Assembly: GCF_000020025.1 (NCBI RefSeq) | Contig: NC_010628.1 | Coordinates: 5,430,001 to 5,462,000, forward strand | DNA length: 32,000 nt | Origin: Nostoc punctiforme PCC 73102 | GTDB taxonomy: Bacteria > Cyanobacteriota > Cyanobacteriia > Cyanobacteriales > Nostocaceae | Reading direction: 5' to 3' | Part shown: piece by piece, positions 17,931 through 27,644 of the stretch | Layout of the letters: each line of letters starts with the position of its first letter | Numbering within the stretch: position 1 is the first letter of the stretch | The notes under the pieces: generated by a model | Database searches by the model: none | Told to the model about the DNA's origin: nothing | What the model saw: only the letters and a program-made list of their open reading frames with translations | Program-made: the position numbers and the translations under genes

Positions 17931-18293
17931 TCAACTTGCTTTTGCTTCATCCCCAGATGCTTCAGCCACAGCCGCCAATCTATCTGCCGCAGCTTGGACA
18001 ATTTGAGCCACTTGAGCCAAAGGCATGTGCTGGATTTGTCTAAGAATCAGACTCAAATCTGAGGTTTCTGGAATTGGCTTGCCATCTATGCAGCTGATTA
18101 ACTCTTCCATTGTGTAGCCTGCTTTCGATGCGATTCGAGCCAAATTTTCTGTATCTGGAACCTTCACACCTTTTTCCCACATCTGAACAGCAGTAGCAGA
18201 TACCCCCAAAAGCTTACCAAATGCTCGCTGACTCATTGAACCGCGAGCTAGTTTAATGATTTCAATCAGTTTTTGTTTGCTTTCGATCTTCAC
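17931..18293 (-). CDS. XRE-family helix-turn-helix transcriptional regulator
   Basis: The N-terminal HTH is LIEIIKLARGSMSQRAFGKLLGVSATAVQMWEKGVKVP. The GTG start at 18291-18293 preserves helix 1. The Ala-rich C-terminal half has unknown function. Confidence 0.8.
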   Translation of the reverse strand: MKIESKQKLIEIIKLARGSMSQRAFGKLLGVSATAVQMWEKGVKVPDTENLARIASKAGYTMEELISCIDGKPIPETSDLSLILRQIQHMPLAQVAQIVQAAADRLAAVAEASGDEAKAS

Positions 18294-18315
18294 TGCTTAT
18301 ATAGCTAGCCAACTT

Positions 18316-18386
18316 TATTTACAAGTCTACTTTCAATATTACAAGTTTACTTTTATATTGACAGCGTTGTGTTTTAGTACTAGACT
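18316..18386. promoter_or_regulatory. Divergent promoter / operator region between the XRE gene and the 148-aa gene
   Basis: Two 20-bp direct repeats are present: ttacaagtctactttcaata (18319-18338) and ttacaagtttacttttatat (18339-18358). The rightward promoter is TTGACA (18358-18363), 17 nt, TAGACT (18381-18386). The leftward promoter on the minus strand is TTGTAA (18339-18344), 17 nt, TAAATA (18316-18321). Confidence 0.4.
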
Positions 18387-18533
18387 ATATCTCTGGTTGT
18401 AAATCTGCAACTACAGGCATCAAGCTAGTAGAATAACCCATCTATCTTTAACCAACCCAAAAAACTTAGTTTGCTACGGCGCTTCAGCTAGTAGCTAGAC
18501 TTTGCTGCGAAGAAATAATATCGAAGGTGCATC

Positions 18534-18980
18534 ATGTTTCGCAAGCCACGCAAAATTAACCAATATCGCCGCAAAGGTAAAAACCTTATAGCCACTAATA
18601 AAATTAAACCAGAACAGTGGAACATTTCTGACACAGAAACCAAAGAAGCTTTAAAAGTTAAAGGCTACGATGTTAAGCAAATCAGAAAAATCCACCTTCT
18701 GAAGCATCAAGTGTGTATTTCCTACTGGGATGCAAAAGGCAATATATGCAGCAGTTTTTTTAGCTACCGGATTTTTGCACGTTGGCAAGAAGAAGTGGAA
18801 AAGCTAATTTATACCTGTGAAACTCTGAAGGAATGGGCAAAGTTAAATTACCTTATGAAGTACGAATTTGCCTATTACCATTATCCCAGTGAAATAGAAG
18901 ATATACTCCACGCGATATTAGAAAACCACCTGTCTGTGTTAAAAGCAACAGTACAACAAGTGGTTTTACAGGATATTTAA
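18534..18980 (+). CDS. Hypothetical protein, basic N-terminus
   Basis: 148-aa ORF with an ATG start. It is divergent from the XRE gene and I recognise no motif. Its stop is 9 nt from the convergent prfA stop. Confidence 0.5.
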   Translation: MFRKPRKINQYRRKGKNLIATNKIKPEQWNISDTETKEALKVKGYDVKQIRKIHLLKHQVCISYWDAKGNICSSFFSYRIFARWQEEVEKLIYTCETLKEWAKLNYLMKYEFAYYHYPSEIEDILHAILENHLSVLKATVQQVVLQDI

Positions 18981-18989
18981 CAACAGAAA

Positions 18990-20087
18990 TTAGTTAGCGG
19001 CAGAAGTCGCTAACTCCGCCAGACGTTCCTGTTGGTCTAGAGATATACAAGACTGGATAAGTGTCTCTAAATCACCATCCAAAACAGGGGTAAGGGAATA
19101 ATTCTGACCTAACCGATGATCGGTAGCGCGGTTATCTTTATAATTATAGGTGCGAATTTTTTCCGATCGCGATCCAGTACCAACCTGCGATCGCCGCATC
19201 GAAGTTACAGCTGCTTGTTGTTCGCCTAACTTGATGTCATACAACTTTGCCCGCAGAATTTGCATCGCCCGTTCTTTGTTTTGCAACTGGCTGCGTTCTT
19301 CTGTACAGAAAATGCGTATTCCTGTCGGTTTGTGCATTAAGTCAACGGCTGTTTCCACCTTGTTGACATTTTGTCCACCAGCACCACCAGAACGGGCTGT
19401 AGTCATTTCAATATCTTTCGGGTCAATATGAATTTCCACATCATCGACCTCTGGCATAATCGCCACCGTAGCTGTGGAAGTATGAACCCGTCCCCCAGAT
19501 TCAGTTGCCGGCACGCGCTGCACACGATGCACTCCAGCTTCAAACTTTAGCTGGCTATAAACGTCATTACCTTTAATTTCGAGAATGACTTCTTTCCAGC
19601 CGCCCATTTCTCCACGAGATTCGCTCACTAGAGAAACTTTCCAACCTTGAGTCTGGGCATAGCGGGTGTACATCTGCATCAAATCGCCAGCCCAAATACT
19701 TGCTTCATCGCCACCAGTACCAGCGCGAATTTCCAACATGATATTCTTTTCATCATTGGGGTCGCGTGGTAGCAGCAAGACTTTCAAGCGAGACTCTAAA
19801 TGTTCTATTTTTTCTTCAAGTTCTTTTACTTCCAGTGATGCCATTTCTTGCAACTCTGGGTCGCTCGCAGATTCTTTATAAACCTCACGCGCTCCGATCA
19901 AGTCTTCTTGGGCTGTTTTCCAAATTTCATAAGTATTAACTACCTCTTCCAAAGAAGAACGAGACTTAGCAATTTCTTGATACTCATCAGGATTGCTAGC
20001 GGTATCGGGGTCGCCTAGACGACGTGTTAATTCATTAAAAGTTTGTTCAACGGATTTTAGTTTATCCAGTAAGTATGATTCAGCCAT
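18990..20087 (-). CDS. prfA: Peptide chain release factor 1
   Basis: 365 aa. It carries the RF1-specific PAT tripeptide ([14 protein letters not shown]) and the GGQ motif ([16 protein letters not shown]). Confidence 0.95.
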
Positions 20088-20191
20088 GACGAGTGCGATC
20101 GCTCCTTAAAAAAATAACAAATTGGCTCGAGCATATAAATGACAATCGACCCAGCTGATGCAGGGCCGTCGTTAACAGCAGAGCCAACCCG

Positions 20192-20434
20192 CTACTTTTT
20201 GGTTTGTTCGTCGCCAGATGTTTGAGTGCTGCTCATACCGTACTTGCGGAGGAAGCGCTCTACTCGACCCTCAGTGTCAATAATCTTCTGAGTACCGGTG
20301 TAAAAGGGGTGATTTCCAGACCAAACGTCTACATGCAATTCTGGCTTGGTAGAGCCAATGGTCATAACAACTTGACCGTTGCAGTAAACTTTAGCATCTG
20401 GATACCACTTGGGGTGAATATCAGCTTTAGCCAT
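20192..20434 (-). CDS. rpmE: 50S ribosomal protein L31
   Basis: MAKADIHPKWYPDAKVYCNGQVV... is a typical L31 N-terminus. I use the ATG at 20432-20434 instead of the longer track ORF. Confidence 0.9.
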   Translation of the reverse strand: MAKADIHPKWYPDAKVYCNGQVVMTIGSTKPELHVDVWSGNHPFYTGTQKIIDTEGRVERFLRKYGMSSTQTSGDEQTKK

Positions 20435-20513
20435 TGTTCTTTTTGTGATGAATCTATATAAATTATAACTTTCAGCGTTCAATTGCAGCTAGGGAGTGGA
20501 GACTGGGAAAGAT

Positions 20514-20535
20514 GCCCCATGCCCCCATACCCAAT
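20514..20535. repeat. CCCCAT-type heptamer repeats (about 3 units)
   Basis: gccccat gcccccat acccaat in the rpsI-rpmE spacer. This is the same word family as the recO tract and as 25643-25656 (inverted). Confidence 0.6.
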
Positions 20536-20538
20536 GTC

Positions 20539-20955
20539 TTATCGCTTAGAGTACTGAGGCGCTTTCCGAGCTTTATGTAAACCATATTTCTTCCGCTCTT
20601 TTGCTCTCGGATCGCGAGTCAAATAACCTTCGGTTTTCAAAGGTGGGCGGTTGTCTGGATCGAGTTGGCACAAAGCACGAGCAACTCCTAAACGAACAGA
20701 ATCAGCCTGTCCGGTCAAACCGCCGCCTTCTGCTTTTACCAAAATGTCATATTCGTTTTCTAGTCCCAGAGTTTCCAGGGGTGCTTTAATTACTCCCAGG
20801 TAGTTGGGGTTAAATTGGAAATACAAGTTTCCATCTTTACCGTTCACAGTCAGTTGGCCGGTGCCTGGAACCAAGCGTACCCTTGCTACTGCATTCTTAC
20901 GACGGCCAGTGCCCCAGTATACGGCGCGACCGCTATTGGCATCTGCTACTACCAT
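20539..20955 (-). CDS. rpsI: 30S ribosomal protein S9
   Basis: The C-terminus [14 protein letters not shown] and the internal [16 protein letters not shown] are S9 hallmarks. Confidence 0.95.
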   Translation of the reverse strand: MVVADANSGRAVYWGTGRRKNAVARVRLVPGTGQLTVNGKDGNLYFQFNPNYLGVIKAPLETLGLENEYDILVKAEGGGLTGQADSVRLGVARALCQLDPDNRPPLKTEGYLTRDPRAKERKKYGLHKARKAPQYSKR

Positions 20956-21416
20956 TAATTTTCTTCTCCAGGAATTGTACTAACTTTTAGTTCTTTAGGT
21001 TTTTGAGCATCATGTGGATGCGTAGGCCCAGCGTAAACTTTCAGCTTGGTGAACAACTGCTTACCCAGGCTATTTTTAGGTAGCATACCTTTAACAGCTT
21101 GTTCTAAGATCCGCTCTGGTATACGGTCTTGCAGTTTCGCGAAAGTTTCCGTTTTCATCCCACCGGGACGACCAGAATGGCGGCGGTAAAGCTTTTGAGT
21201 GCGCTTTTTGCCTGTAACTGCTACTTTCTCGGCATTGATGACGATTACGAAGTCACCTGTATCTAGGTGGGGTGTATATTCGGGTTTCTTTTTGCCTCTC
21301 AATACCTGAGCGATTTCGCTGGCGAGGCGACCGAGGCGTTTATCGGTGGCATCTACTATGTACCACTCACGCTCAAGTGTTGCTTGAGAAGGAAGGTATG
21401 TTTTAACTGTTGTCAT
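20955..21416 (-). CDS. rplM: 50S ribosomal protein L13
   Basis: [35 protein letters not shown] is L13-like. The stop overlaps the rpsI ATG by 1 nt. The start ATG lies in a heptamer unit (ttgtcat). Confidence 0.9.
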   Translation of the reverse strand: MTTVKTYLPSQATLEREWYIVDATDKRLGRLASEIAQVLRGKKKPEYTPHLDTGDFVIVINAEKVAVTGKKRTQKLYRRHSGRPGGMKTETFAKLQDRIPERILEQAVKGMLPKNSLGKQLFTKLKVYAGPTHPHDAQKPKELKVSTIPGEEN

Positions 21417-21518
21417 TTGTCATTTGTCCTTTGTCATTTTTAATTTGTCATTAGTCATTTGTCTTTTGTCATTTGTAGTTACTAAAAACCAATGACTAAT
21501 GACTCTTGACTAGTGACG
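21410..21518. repeat. Two-armed heptamer array (STRR-type) at the truA-rplM junction
   Basis: The left arm has about 10 units of TTGTCAT-like sequence (21410-21479). The right arm is aatgact aatgact cttgact agtgacg (21491-21518). The right arm encodes the last residues of TruA. Confidence 0.85.
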
Positions 21519-22330
21519 AACTTTGGCAAGGTGTCGTACCAAATCTCTTTTGGAAAAGGGAAATCGGGATAGCCGACTCGCAACAAGCACAAACCTTGAG
21601 GCGGTGCGGCATATTTCACTTCTTCTCGGCGTTGTTCTTTCCAGAGTTCGGTGAAGCTAGAAAGTGTTCGTTGTCCAGAACCTACTTCTACCAGCATCCC
21701 TACCAACAGCCGTACCATGCCATACAAAAATCCATCTGCCTGTATTTCAATATGGATAAATGGCCCACTGCGACGACACTCTACTGCTTGCACCTCTACC
21801 CAGGAATGGGATCGCTTTGAGCCTGCACGGTGAAAAGCAGCTAAGTGATGCTTTCCCAAGAGAGGTTTCAAGGCAGCTTGGATTAAAGATTCATCCAGGG
21901 GTGCATAATAATAATGCCAACTGAAGGGTCTTACAAACAAGTTAAGCCGATCTTCAGTATATATTGTGTAGCGATACCGTCGATAGGCTGCACTAAAGCG
22001 AGCGTGCCAACGGTTATCGACACTAGCTGAAGCCCTGATTAATATATCTGGCGGCAGGTAGCTGTTGAGGATTGTTGCCCACTTGTGAGGCGGAATTAAA
22101 CCTGTTGCTTCAAAATGGGCTACTTGAGCAGCAGCGTGAACTCCAGAATCGGTTCGCCCAGCACCGTGTAATGTTACATGATGCCCAAGAATAGTAGCGA
22201 TCGCTGTTTCGATCTCTTCTTGGACTGTCCGGTGTTGTTTTTGCCTTTGCCAGCCATGAAAATGAGTGCCCAGGTATTGGATTACCAAGGCTACTCGATG
22301 AGTTTGTGTAGGCTGGTGGCTTTCTAACAT
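21482..22330 (-). CDS. truA: tRNA pseudouridine(38-40) synthase TruA
   Basis: It has the catalytic-Asp context GAGRTDSGVHAAAQV and YLGTHFHGWQRQ. I prefer the ATG at 22328-22330 because AAAGGA lies 10 nt upstream. The track start at 22351 (MTKDK...) lies inside the repeat array. Confidence 0.85.
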   Translation of the reverse strand: MLESHQPTQTHRVALVIQYLGTHFHGWQRQKQHRTVQEEIETAIATILGHHVTLHGAGRTDSGVHAAAQVAHFEATGLIPPHKWATILNSYLPPDILIRASASVDNRWHARFSAAYRRYRYTIYTEDRLNLFVRPFSWHYYYAPLDESLIQAALKPLLGKHHLAAFHRAGSKRSHSWVEVQAVECRRSGPFIHIEIQADGFLYGMVRLLVGMLVEVGSGQRTLSSFTELWKEQRREEVKYAAPPQGLCLLRVGYPDFPFPKEIWYDTLPKFVTSQESLVIGF

Positions 22331-22336
22331 ACAGAT

Positions 22337-22447
22337 TTTGTCCTTTGTCATTTGTTTTTTGTCATTTGTCCTTTGTCAGTTGTCCTTTGTTATTCACTAA
22401 TGACCAATGACTAATGACTAATGACCAATAACCAATGACTAAATGAC
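22337..22447. repeat. Two-armed heptamer array (STRR-type) at the rplQ-truA junction
   Basis: There are 8 left units of TTTGTC(C/A) type (22337-22392), a loop ttcac, and 7 right units of (T/C)AATGAC type (22398-22447). The array ends at the rplQ stop codon. Confidence 0.9.
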
Positions 22448-22798
22448 TTAAACCAATTCAATTATTGCCATTTTTGCATTATCGCCCCGACGCGGTACGG
22501 TATGCAGAATGCGGGTATAACCGCCCTGGCGATCGCCATATCGAGTTGGAACTTGCTCAAATAGAGCGTGAACCAATTGTTTGTCGAAGATATAGCCAAG
22601 GGCTTCGCGGCGTGCTGCCAAGGAGCCATTTTTGGCTAGGGTAATCATTTTTTCCACTTCACTTCTTAGAACTTTCGCTCTAATTAAAGTGGTGGTGATC
22701 TTACCATGACGGATCAGCTCGGTGGTGAGCGATCGCAGTAAAGCACGGCGTTGATCGGCTGGTTTACTGAGTTTTTTGACGCGACAACGGTGACGCAT
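22448..22798 (-). CDS. rplQ: 50S ribosomal protein L17
   Basis: [37 protein letters not shown] is the canonical L17 N-terminus. Confidence 0.95.
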   Translation of the reverse strand: MRHRCRVKKLSKPADQRRALLRSLTTELIRHGKITTTLIRAKVLRSEVEKMITLAKNGSLAARREALGYIFDKQLVHALFEQVPTRYGDRQGGYTRILHTVPRRGDNAKMAIIELV

Positions 22799-22829
22799 AA
22801 TTATCCACTATGAATTATGAAGGTTTTTC

Positions 22830-23777
22830 TTAAGGGTGTTTAGAGCCTCTTTCCATTGGCAGGGTAATGCCCAAGCGTCGCTGCAAAGCTTCCACGACTT
22901 CTTCTGCTGACTTCTGACCAAAGTTCTTAATTTCTAAGAGGTCTTCTTGGGTATAATCCAACAAATCTGCCACAGAGTTAACTTGTGCCCGTTTGAGACA
23001 GTTATATGCCCGCACAGAAAGTTGCAACTCTTCGATGGGTATCTGGGCAGTTGGATCATCTGGAATATCTGAACCTGTGTCTGTTGGTTCCAAGGAGATA
23101 TCTTTCAACGGGTTGAATAAATCTACCAAGATCCCAGCAGCCGAAGATAGTGCTTCTTGAGGAGAAATACTGCCATTTGTCCAAACTTCCAACAGTAGTC
23201 GGTCTTTTGGAATCAAGCCTTCTCCACGAGATTCTTCAACACTATAGTTGACTTTTCGCACTGGCATAAATATTGAGTCGATTTGAAGAAAATCCAACGA
23301 TGTGGCTTCCTCACGTCCTCTTTCTACAGTGCGATAGCCTTTGCCTTTCTCGATCCGAAATTCCATTTCCAGTTTTCCACCCTCAGCGATGGTGGCAACA
23401 TACTGAGTCGGATCGATAACTTCTACTTCACTAGGTAAATCAAAATGTGCCGCAGTAATTGTTGTTGGACCACTAACGAGTAATCTACCAATCTGAGGCT
23501 GCGAAGAATAGTTCTTCAGGATAACTTCCTTCATTCTCATGAGGATTTCCAGCACATCTTCCCGCACGCCCGGAACTGTGGCGAATTCATGTGAAACGCC
23601 TGCAATCCGCACTGCTGTAACTGCTGTACCTTCTAGGTTAGACAGTAAAACCCGCCGTAGTGCGTTGCCAACCGTTGTTCCTTGACCGCGTTCTAGAGGT
23701 TCCAGAACAAATTTACTGTAATGGTTCCGACTTTCTTCAGTATTCGACTCTACACATTCAATCTGAAACTGCGCCAC
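22830..23777 (-). CDS. rpoA: DNA-directed RNA polymerase subunit alpha
   Basis: 315 aa. The N-terminal domain has GTTVGNALRRVLLS and the C-terminal domain has ELQLSVRAYNCLKRAQVNSVADLL. The start codon is GTG. Confidence 0.95.
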   Translation of the reverse strand: MAQFQIECVESNTEESRNHYSKFVLEPLERGQGTTVGNALRRVLLSNLEGTAVTAVRIAGVSHEFATVPGVREDVLEILMRMKEVILKNYSSQPQIGRLLVSGPTTITAAHFDLPSEVEVIDPTQYVATIAEGGKLEMEFRIEKGKGYRTVERGREEATSLDFLQIDSIFMPVRKVNYSVEESRGEGLIPKDRLLLEVWTNGSISPQEALSSAAGILVDLFNPLKDISLEPTDTGSDIPDDPTAQIPIEELQLSVRAYNCLKRAQVNSVADLLDYTQEDLLEIKNFGQKSAEEVVEALQRRLGITLPMERGSKHP

Positions 23778-24104
23778 GGATGAGCCTCCCTTTTTCTAAG
23801 GTGCTGCTAGCAGACAAATCAATTGCCTCCCGAATTGACTTTATGTCCTGTAGGTTATAGGTCTATCAAACTATTAGTATGAAATTACGGTATAGTTTGA
23901 CGCTCCTATTGAGCTTTCAGGCGCTAATAATATTTTGGGTTTCCGAAGTTTAACAGCTTTCCCTACAGGAAAATCTGATTCACTTTTGGTGGTCCAAGTT
24001 TTCACCCAATGACAGTTTGCACGTTATCCGCCCAAGCGGTCATTGTAAGTAAATTTACTTTCTTTGGTTGTAGCTTCTCGTCCTCAATGCCCAAGTCTTG
24101 GTAT

Positions 24105-24500
24105 TTAAACTCGACGGCGCTTGGGTGGACGGCAGCCATTGTGAGGAATGGGGGTAATATCCCGAATGAGTGTAATTTCCAGTCCTGCTCCTTGAAGTGC
24201 GCGGATAGCGGTTTCTCTACCTGCTCCTGGCCCACTTACCATTACCTCAATTTGGCGCATTCCTTGATCTATAGCTCTACGGGCTGCACTTTCAGCAGCA
24301 GTTTGCGCTGCAAAGGGAGTTCCCTTTTTTGCTCCCTTAAAACCGCTAGAACCAGCGCTGGCCCAGGAGATGACATCTCCATTTTGATCGGTAATGGTGA
24401 CAATGCTATTGTTGAAAGTAGACTGGATGTAGGCCATCCCGCTGGGTACGTTCCGTTTCTGCTTCTTGCTCCCGGATTTTTTAGTTGGTTGTCTCGCCAT
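24105..24500 (-). CDS. rpsK: 30S ribosomal protein S11
   Basis: [30 protein letters not shown]...[16 protein letters not shown] is S11-like. Confidence 0.95.
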
Positions 24501-24554
24501 ACTTGTTTAGTTGATTTAAGGTAAAACTTGCTCTGATTAGCAAGCGTTGCAAAT

Positions 24555-24935
24555 TTATTTCCCTGGAGCCTTCTTCTTCCCAGCCACTGTCTGCCTTCTG
24601 CCTCGACGGGTTCTGGCATTGGTGCGAGTTCTTTGTCCTCTGACTGGTAAGCCCATGCGATGACGACGACCTCTGTAAGTACCAATGTCAACTAAGCGCT
24701 TGATGTTCAAAGACTCCAAACGCCGCAAGTCGCCTTCAACTTGATAGTTGCTTTCTATTTCGCCTCGCAGGGCTGTCACATCGGCATCACTTAAGTCCTT
24801 AACGCGGGTGTCTGGATTCACACCAGTAGCCGCTATAATTTCTTGAGCGCGTGATAAACCAATTCCGTAGATATAAGTTAGACCGATTTCAACGCGCTTA
24901 TCGCGTGGAAGGTCTACTCCGGCAATCCGTGCCAC
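24555..24935 (-). CDS. rpsM: 30S ribosomal protein S13
   Basis: [26 protein letters not shown] is S13-like. The start codon is GTG. Confidence 0.95.
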   Translation of the reverse strand: MARIAGVDLPRDKRVEIGLTYIYGIGLSRAQEIIAATGVNPDTRVKDLSDADVTALRGEIESNYQVEGDLRRLESLNIKRLVDIGTYRGRRHRMGLPVRGQRTRTNARTRRGRRQTVAGKKKAPGK

Positions 24936-25052
24936 AATGAACTCTCCCTATTGTTTTCGCAATTACTGTTGGTTGGAAAAACGTGATTAATCGCGTTTTT
25001 TCGTTGTTAATTGATGATATGCGTGTTACAACTCACTCTCTTTGTAAGAGCG

Positions 25053-25166
25053 TTATCCTTGACGTTGCTTGTGCTTGGGGTTCACGCAGATCACCATGAC
25101 GCGACCACGACGTTTGATCACGCTACACTTTTCACAAATTTTCTTGACTGAGGCTCTAACTTTCAT
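25053..25166 (-). CDS. rpmJ: 50S ribosomal protein L36
   Basis: This ORF is too short to appear in the track. My manual translation of the minus strand gives [37 protein letters not shown] (37 aa), which is canonical L36. Confidence 0.9.
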   Translation of the reverse strand: MKVRASVKKICEKCSVIKRRGRVMVICVNPKHKQRQG

Positions 25167-25289
25167 GCCTTTTATTTTTTGACTCCAAATATTAAATTAT
25201 AGCATTTTTAGAGAAAACAATCCATTAATTTGACTAGCAAACAGTCAAAAGGATGATTTTATGGTAAAATTCTCTACATCTACATATAG

Positions 25290-25514
25290 TTACTTCTTTC
25301 GTAGTCGATAGGTAATTCTGCCTTTGGTCAAGTCATAAGGAGTTAACTCTACCTTGACGCGATCGCCGGGCAAAATCTTGATATAGTTGCGGCGAATCTT
25401 GCCGGAAATGTGAGCTAGCACGTTAAATCCATTGTCCAAGTCAACGCGAAACATCGCATTGGGCAAGGACTCTGTAACCGTGCCTTCCATTTCAATCAAA
25501 TCTTGCTTAGACAA
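25290..25514 (-). CDS. infA: Translation initiation factor IF-1
   Basis: [29 protein letters not shown]...RITYRLRKK is IF-1-like. The codon at 25512-25514 is TTG. Confidence 0.95.
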
Positions 25515-25705
25515 TTTGTTTTTTCCTCAACTCAACAATTTCGTGTTCAGTTGCAGCACTTCATCTGCAAGAGAACACATTTTAAGAAATATATCAACAG
25601 TTTATTAATATATCTTAGCTAAAATTGATCTGTTTCTTGGGAGGGGCATGGGACATTAGGAATTGGGGAAAGAATTGCTGTAGCTCCTCCCCTACTCCCC
25701 GATCC

Positions 25706-26257
25706 TCAAGCGATTACCTTTTGCAGTTCAGTAGTGACTTCTTCTTGGGACTGATTGCCATTGACTGTTAAAAGTTTTTGGCGATCGCGATAATAATCAA
25801 TTAAAGGTGCAGTTTCAGCGCGGTACACTTCTAACCGACGACGAATCACCTCTTCGGTATCATCTTTTCGCCCTCTAGCTAACAAACGTTCTACCACAAC
25901 ATCATCTGGTGCATCTAGATTAACTACCCTTTCGCCACTCTGATGTATTGTTTCCAGCAATTCTTCTAGAAAAGCTGCTTGCGTCACTTTACGGGGAAAA
26001 CCATCAAGAATCCAACCATTTTCTGCATCTGGTTGGTTGAGGCGCTCCTGTACCAAGTCCTGCACTAGCTGATCGGGTACTAACTCGCCGCTATTTACAT
26101 AGTTTTGAGCTTTGATTCCCAGATGAGTTTGCTCTTTCATAGCTTGTCTTAATATTTCCCCAGTAGAAATATGGGGAATATTTAAGTGTCCCGCCAATGA
26201 TTGAGCTTGTGTTCCCTTACCAGCTCCAGGTGGTCCCAAGAAGATTAGTCGCGTCAC
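25706..26257 (-). CDS. adk: Adenylate kinase (short type)
   Basis: It has the P-loop [11 protein letters not shown]. The GTG start overlaps the secY stop by 1 nt. Confidence 0.95.
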   Translation of the reverse strand: MTRLIFLGPPGAGKGTQAQSLAGHLNIPHISTGEILRQAMKEQTHLGIKAQNYVNSGELVPDQLVQDLVQERLNQPDAENGWILDGFPRKVTQAAFLEELLETIHQSGERVVNLDAPDDVVVERLLARGRKDDTEEVIRRRLEVYRAETAPLIDYYRDRQKLLTVNGNQSQEEVTTELQKVIA

Positions 26258-27570
26258 TATTGTTTCACCATTCCTTCATAGCGCTGAGAGATTACGTATG
26301 TTTGGATTTGCCTCGCCGTATCAATCGCCACACCGACTAGAATTAACAGAGAGGTAGCACCTAGTCCCTTAAATGTGGGTACTCCTAAAGCACTTTCTAC
26401 ACCGGTTGGGATAATAGCAACCAAGCCCAAAAAGATAGCACCCAAAAAGGTGAGTCGGTTTGACACGCGCTCGATATACTCACTAGTCGCTTTACCGGGA
26501 CGAATGCCAGGAATACTAGAACCCATTTTCTTCAAATTCTGCGCTACATCTACCGGGTTGAGAATCAACGAAGAATAGAAGTAGCTGAAGAAAATAATGG
26601 AAATCATGTAAACCAAGGCATAGACCCAAGAGCCAGAACCGCTTGGACTCAAATAAGTGTTAATTATATTTGCCAACTCAGCATTCTTGGCGAAATTTGC
26701 AATTAGCAATGGCAAACTGAGGATAGCTGCGGCAAAGATAATTGGCATTACGCCACCTTGATTTAGCCGCAAGGGTAAAAAGCTCCGTTGCTCTGCCAAA
26801 ACTCTACGACCTACTTGGCGACGAGCCGAAATAATCGGGATGCGGCGCATTCCTTCTTGGACAACCACAATACCAACAATGGTTGCTAAGAAAACTAAGA
26901 TTAGTACGATGACGCGACCCACTGTTTCCCGACCGCCGACTTGCACCAAATCGATAGTATCGCCTAAAGCTTTTGGTAATGAGGCGACAATGTTGACAAA
27001 AATCAACAATGATGCTCCATTCCCAATTCCCCGCTCTGTAATGAGTTCTGATGCCCACATAACGAACATAGAACCAGCAGTTAGAGCGATCGCAGTTTCA
27101 GCTACAAAGATTGGTCCTGGATTTAAGGCAAATTGCTGGAGGAATAATGCTGAAAATGCTGTACTTTGGAGAATTGCCCAACAGACAGTGACATAGCGGG
27201 TAATTTGCGATATTTTCCGCCGACCCGCTTCGCCTTCATTTTTCTGTAAATTTTCTAAAGATGGAATCGCCGCGGTGAGCAATTGGATGATAATGGACGC
27301 ATTAATAAAGGGTAAAATCCCTAGAGCAAAAACGCCCAAAGTCGAAAGTCCTCGCCCGGAGAATATATCCAATAAACCGAATATGGAATTACTGCCCGAT
27401 ATAGCTTCGGCAAATCTAGGTCTGTCAATCCCTGGTACGGGTAAGAAAATACCCAGGCGAACCAAAATTAAAACACCGACAGTAACAAGCAGCCTACCTC
27501 TAAGCCCGGCTGCTTGTGCCATCTGCATAAAAGTTTCTTGAGCCGTTGGGGCTTTATCTCGACTGATCAT
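26257..27570 (-). CDS. secY: Preprotein translocase subunit SecY
   Basis: 437 aa with about 10 TM segments. It is SecY-like throughout and occupies the conserved position between rplO and adk. Confidence 0.95.
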   Translation of the reverse strand: MISRDKAPTAQETFMQMAQAAGLRGRLLVTVGVLILVRLGIFLPVPGIDRPRFAEAISGSNSIFGLLDIFSGRGLSTLGVFALGILPFINASIIIQLLTAAIPSLENLQKNEGEAGRRKISQITRYVTVCWAILQSTAFSALFLQQFALNPGPIFVAETAIALTAGSMFVMWASELITERGIGNGASLLIFVNIVASLPKALGDTIDLVQVGGRETVGRVIVLILVFLATIVGIVVVQEGMRRIPIISARRQVGRRVLAEQRSFLPLRLNQGGVMPIIFAAAILSLPLLIANFAKNAELANIINTYLSPSGSGSWVYALVYMISIIFFSYFYSSLILNPVDVAQNLKKMGSSIPGIRPGKATSEYIERVSNRLTFLGAIFLGLVAIIPTGVESALGVPTFKGLGATSLLILVGVAIDTARQIQTYVISQRYEGMVKQ

Positions 27571-27644
27571 AGAGTGCTACCTTTATAGTGAACCAGGCGC
27601 TGACAGCGAGTTGGCTTACATTTAAGTGCGCTGTTCCGGCTCAC

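Noticed and set aside
18990-20087. A programmed +1 frameshift of the kind seen in release-factor genes.
   Set aside because: The gene is RF1 (PAT motif) and reads as one uninterrupted 365-aa frame. The frameshift site is a feature of prfB, not prfA.
24002-24691. Long ORFs overlapping rpsK/rpsM (24009..24524 plus strand; 24269..24691 and 24002..24235 minus strand) as possible overlapping genes.
   Set aside because: They lie in alternative frames of, or antisense to, highly conserved S11/S13 coding sequence. Their composition is biased and motif-free. They are best explained as chance open frames.
24936-25052. An imperfect hairpin (gaaaaacgtgattaatcgcgttttttc) in the rpmJ-rpsM spacer as a regulatory element.
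   Set aside because: The stem needs a bulge, is AT-rich, and lies inside a co-transcribed operon with no supporting context. The evidence is insufficient.
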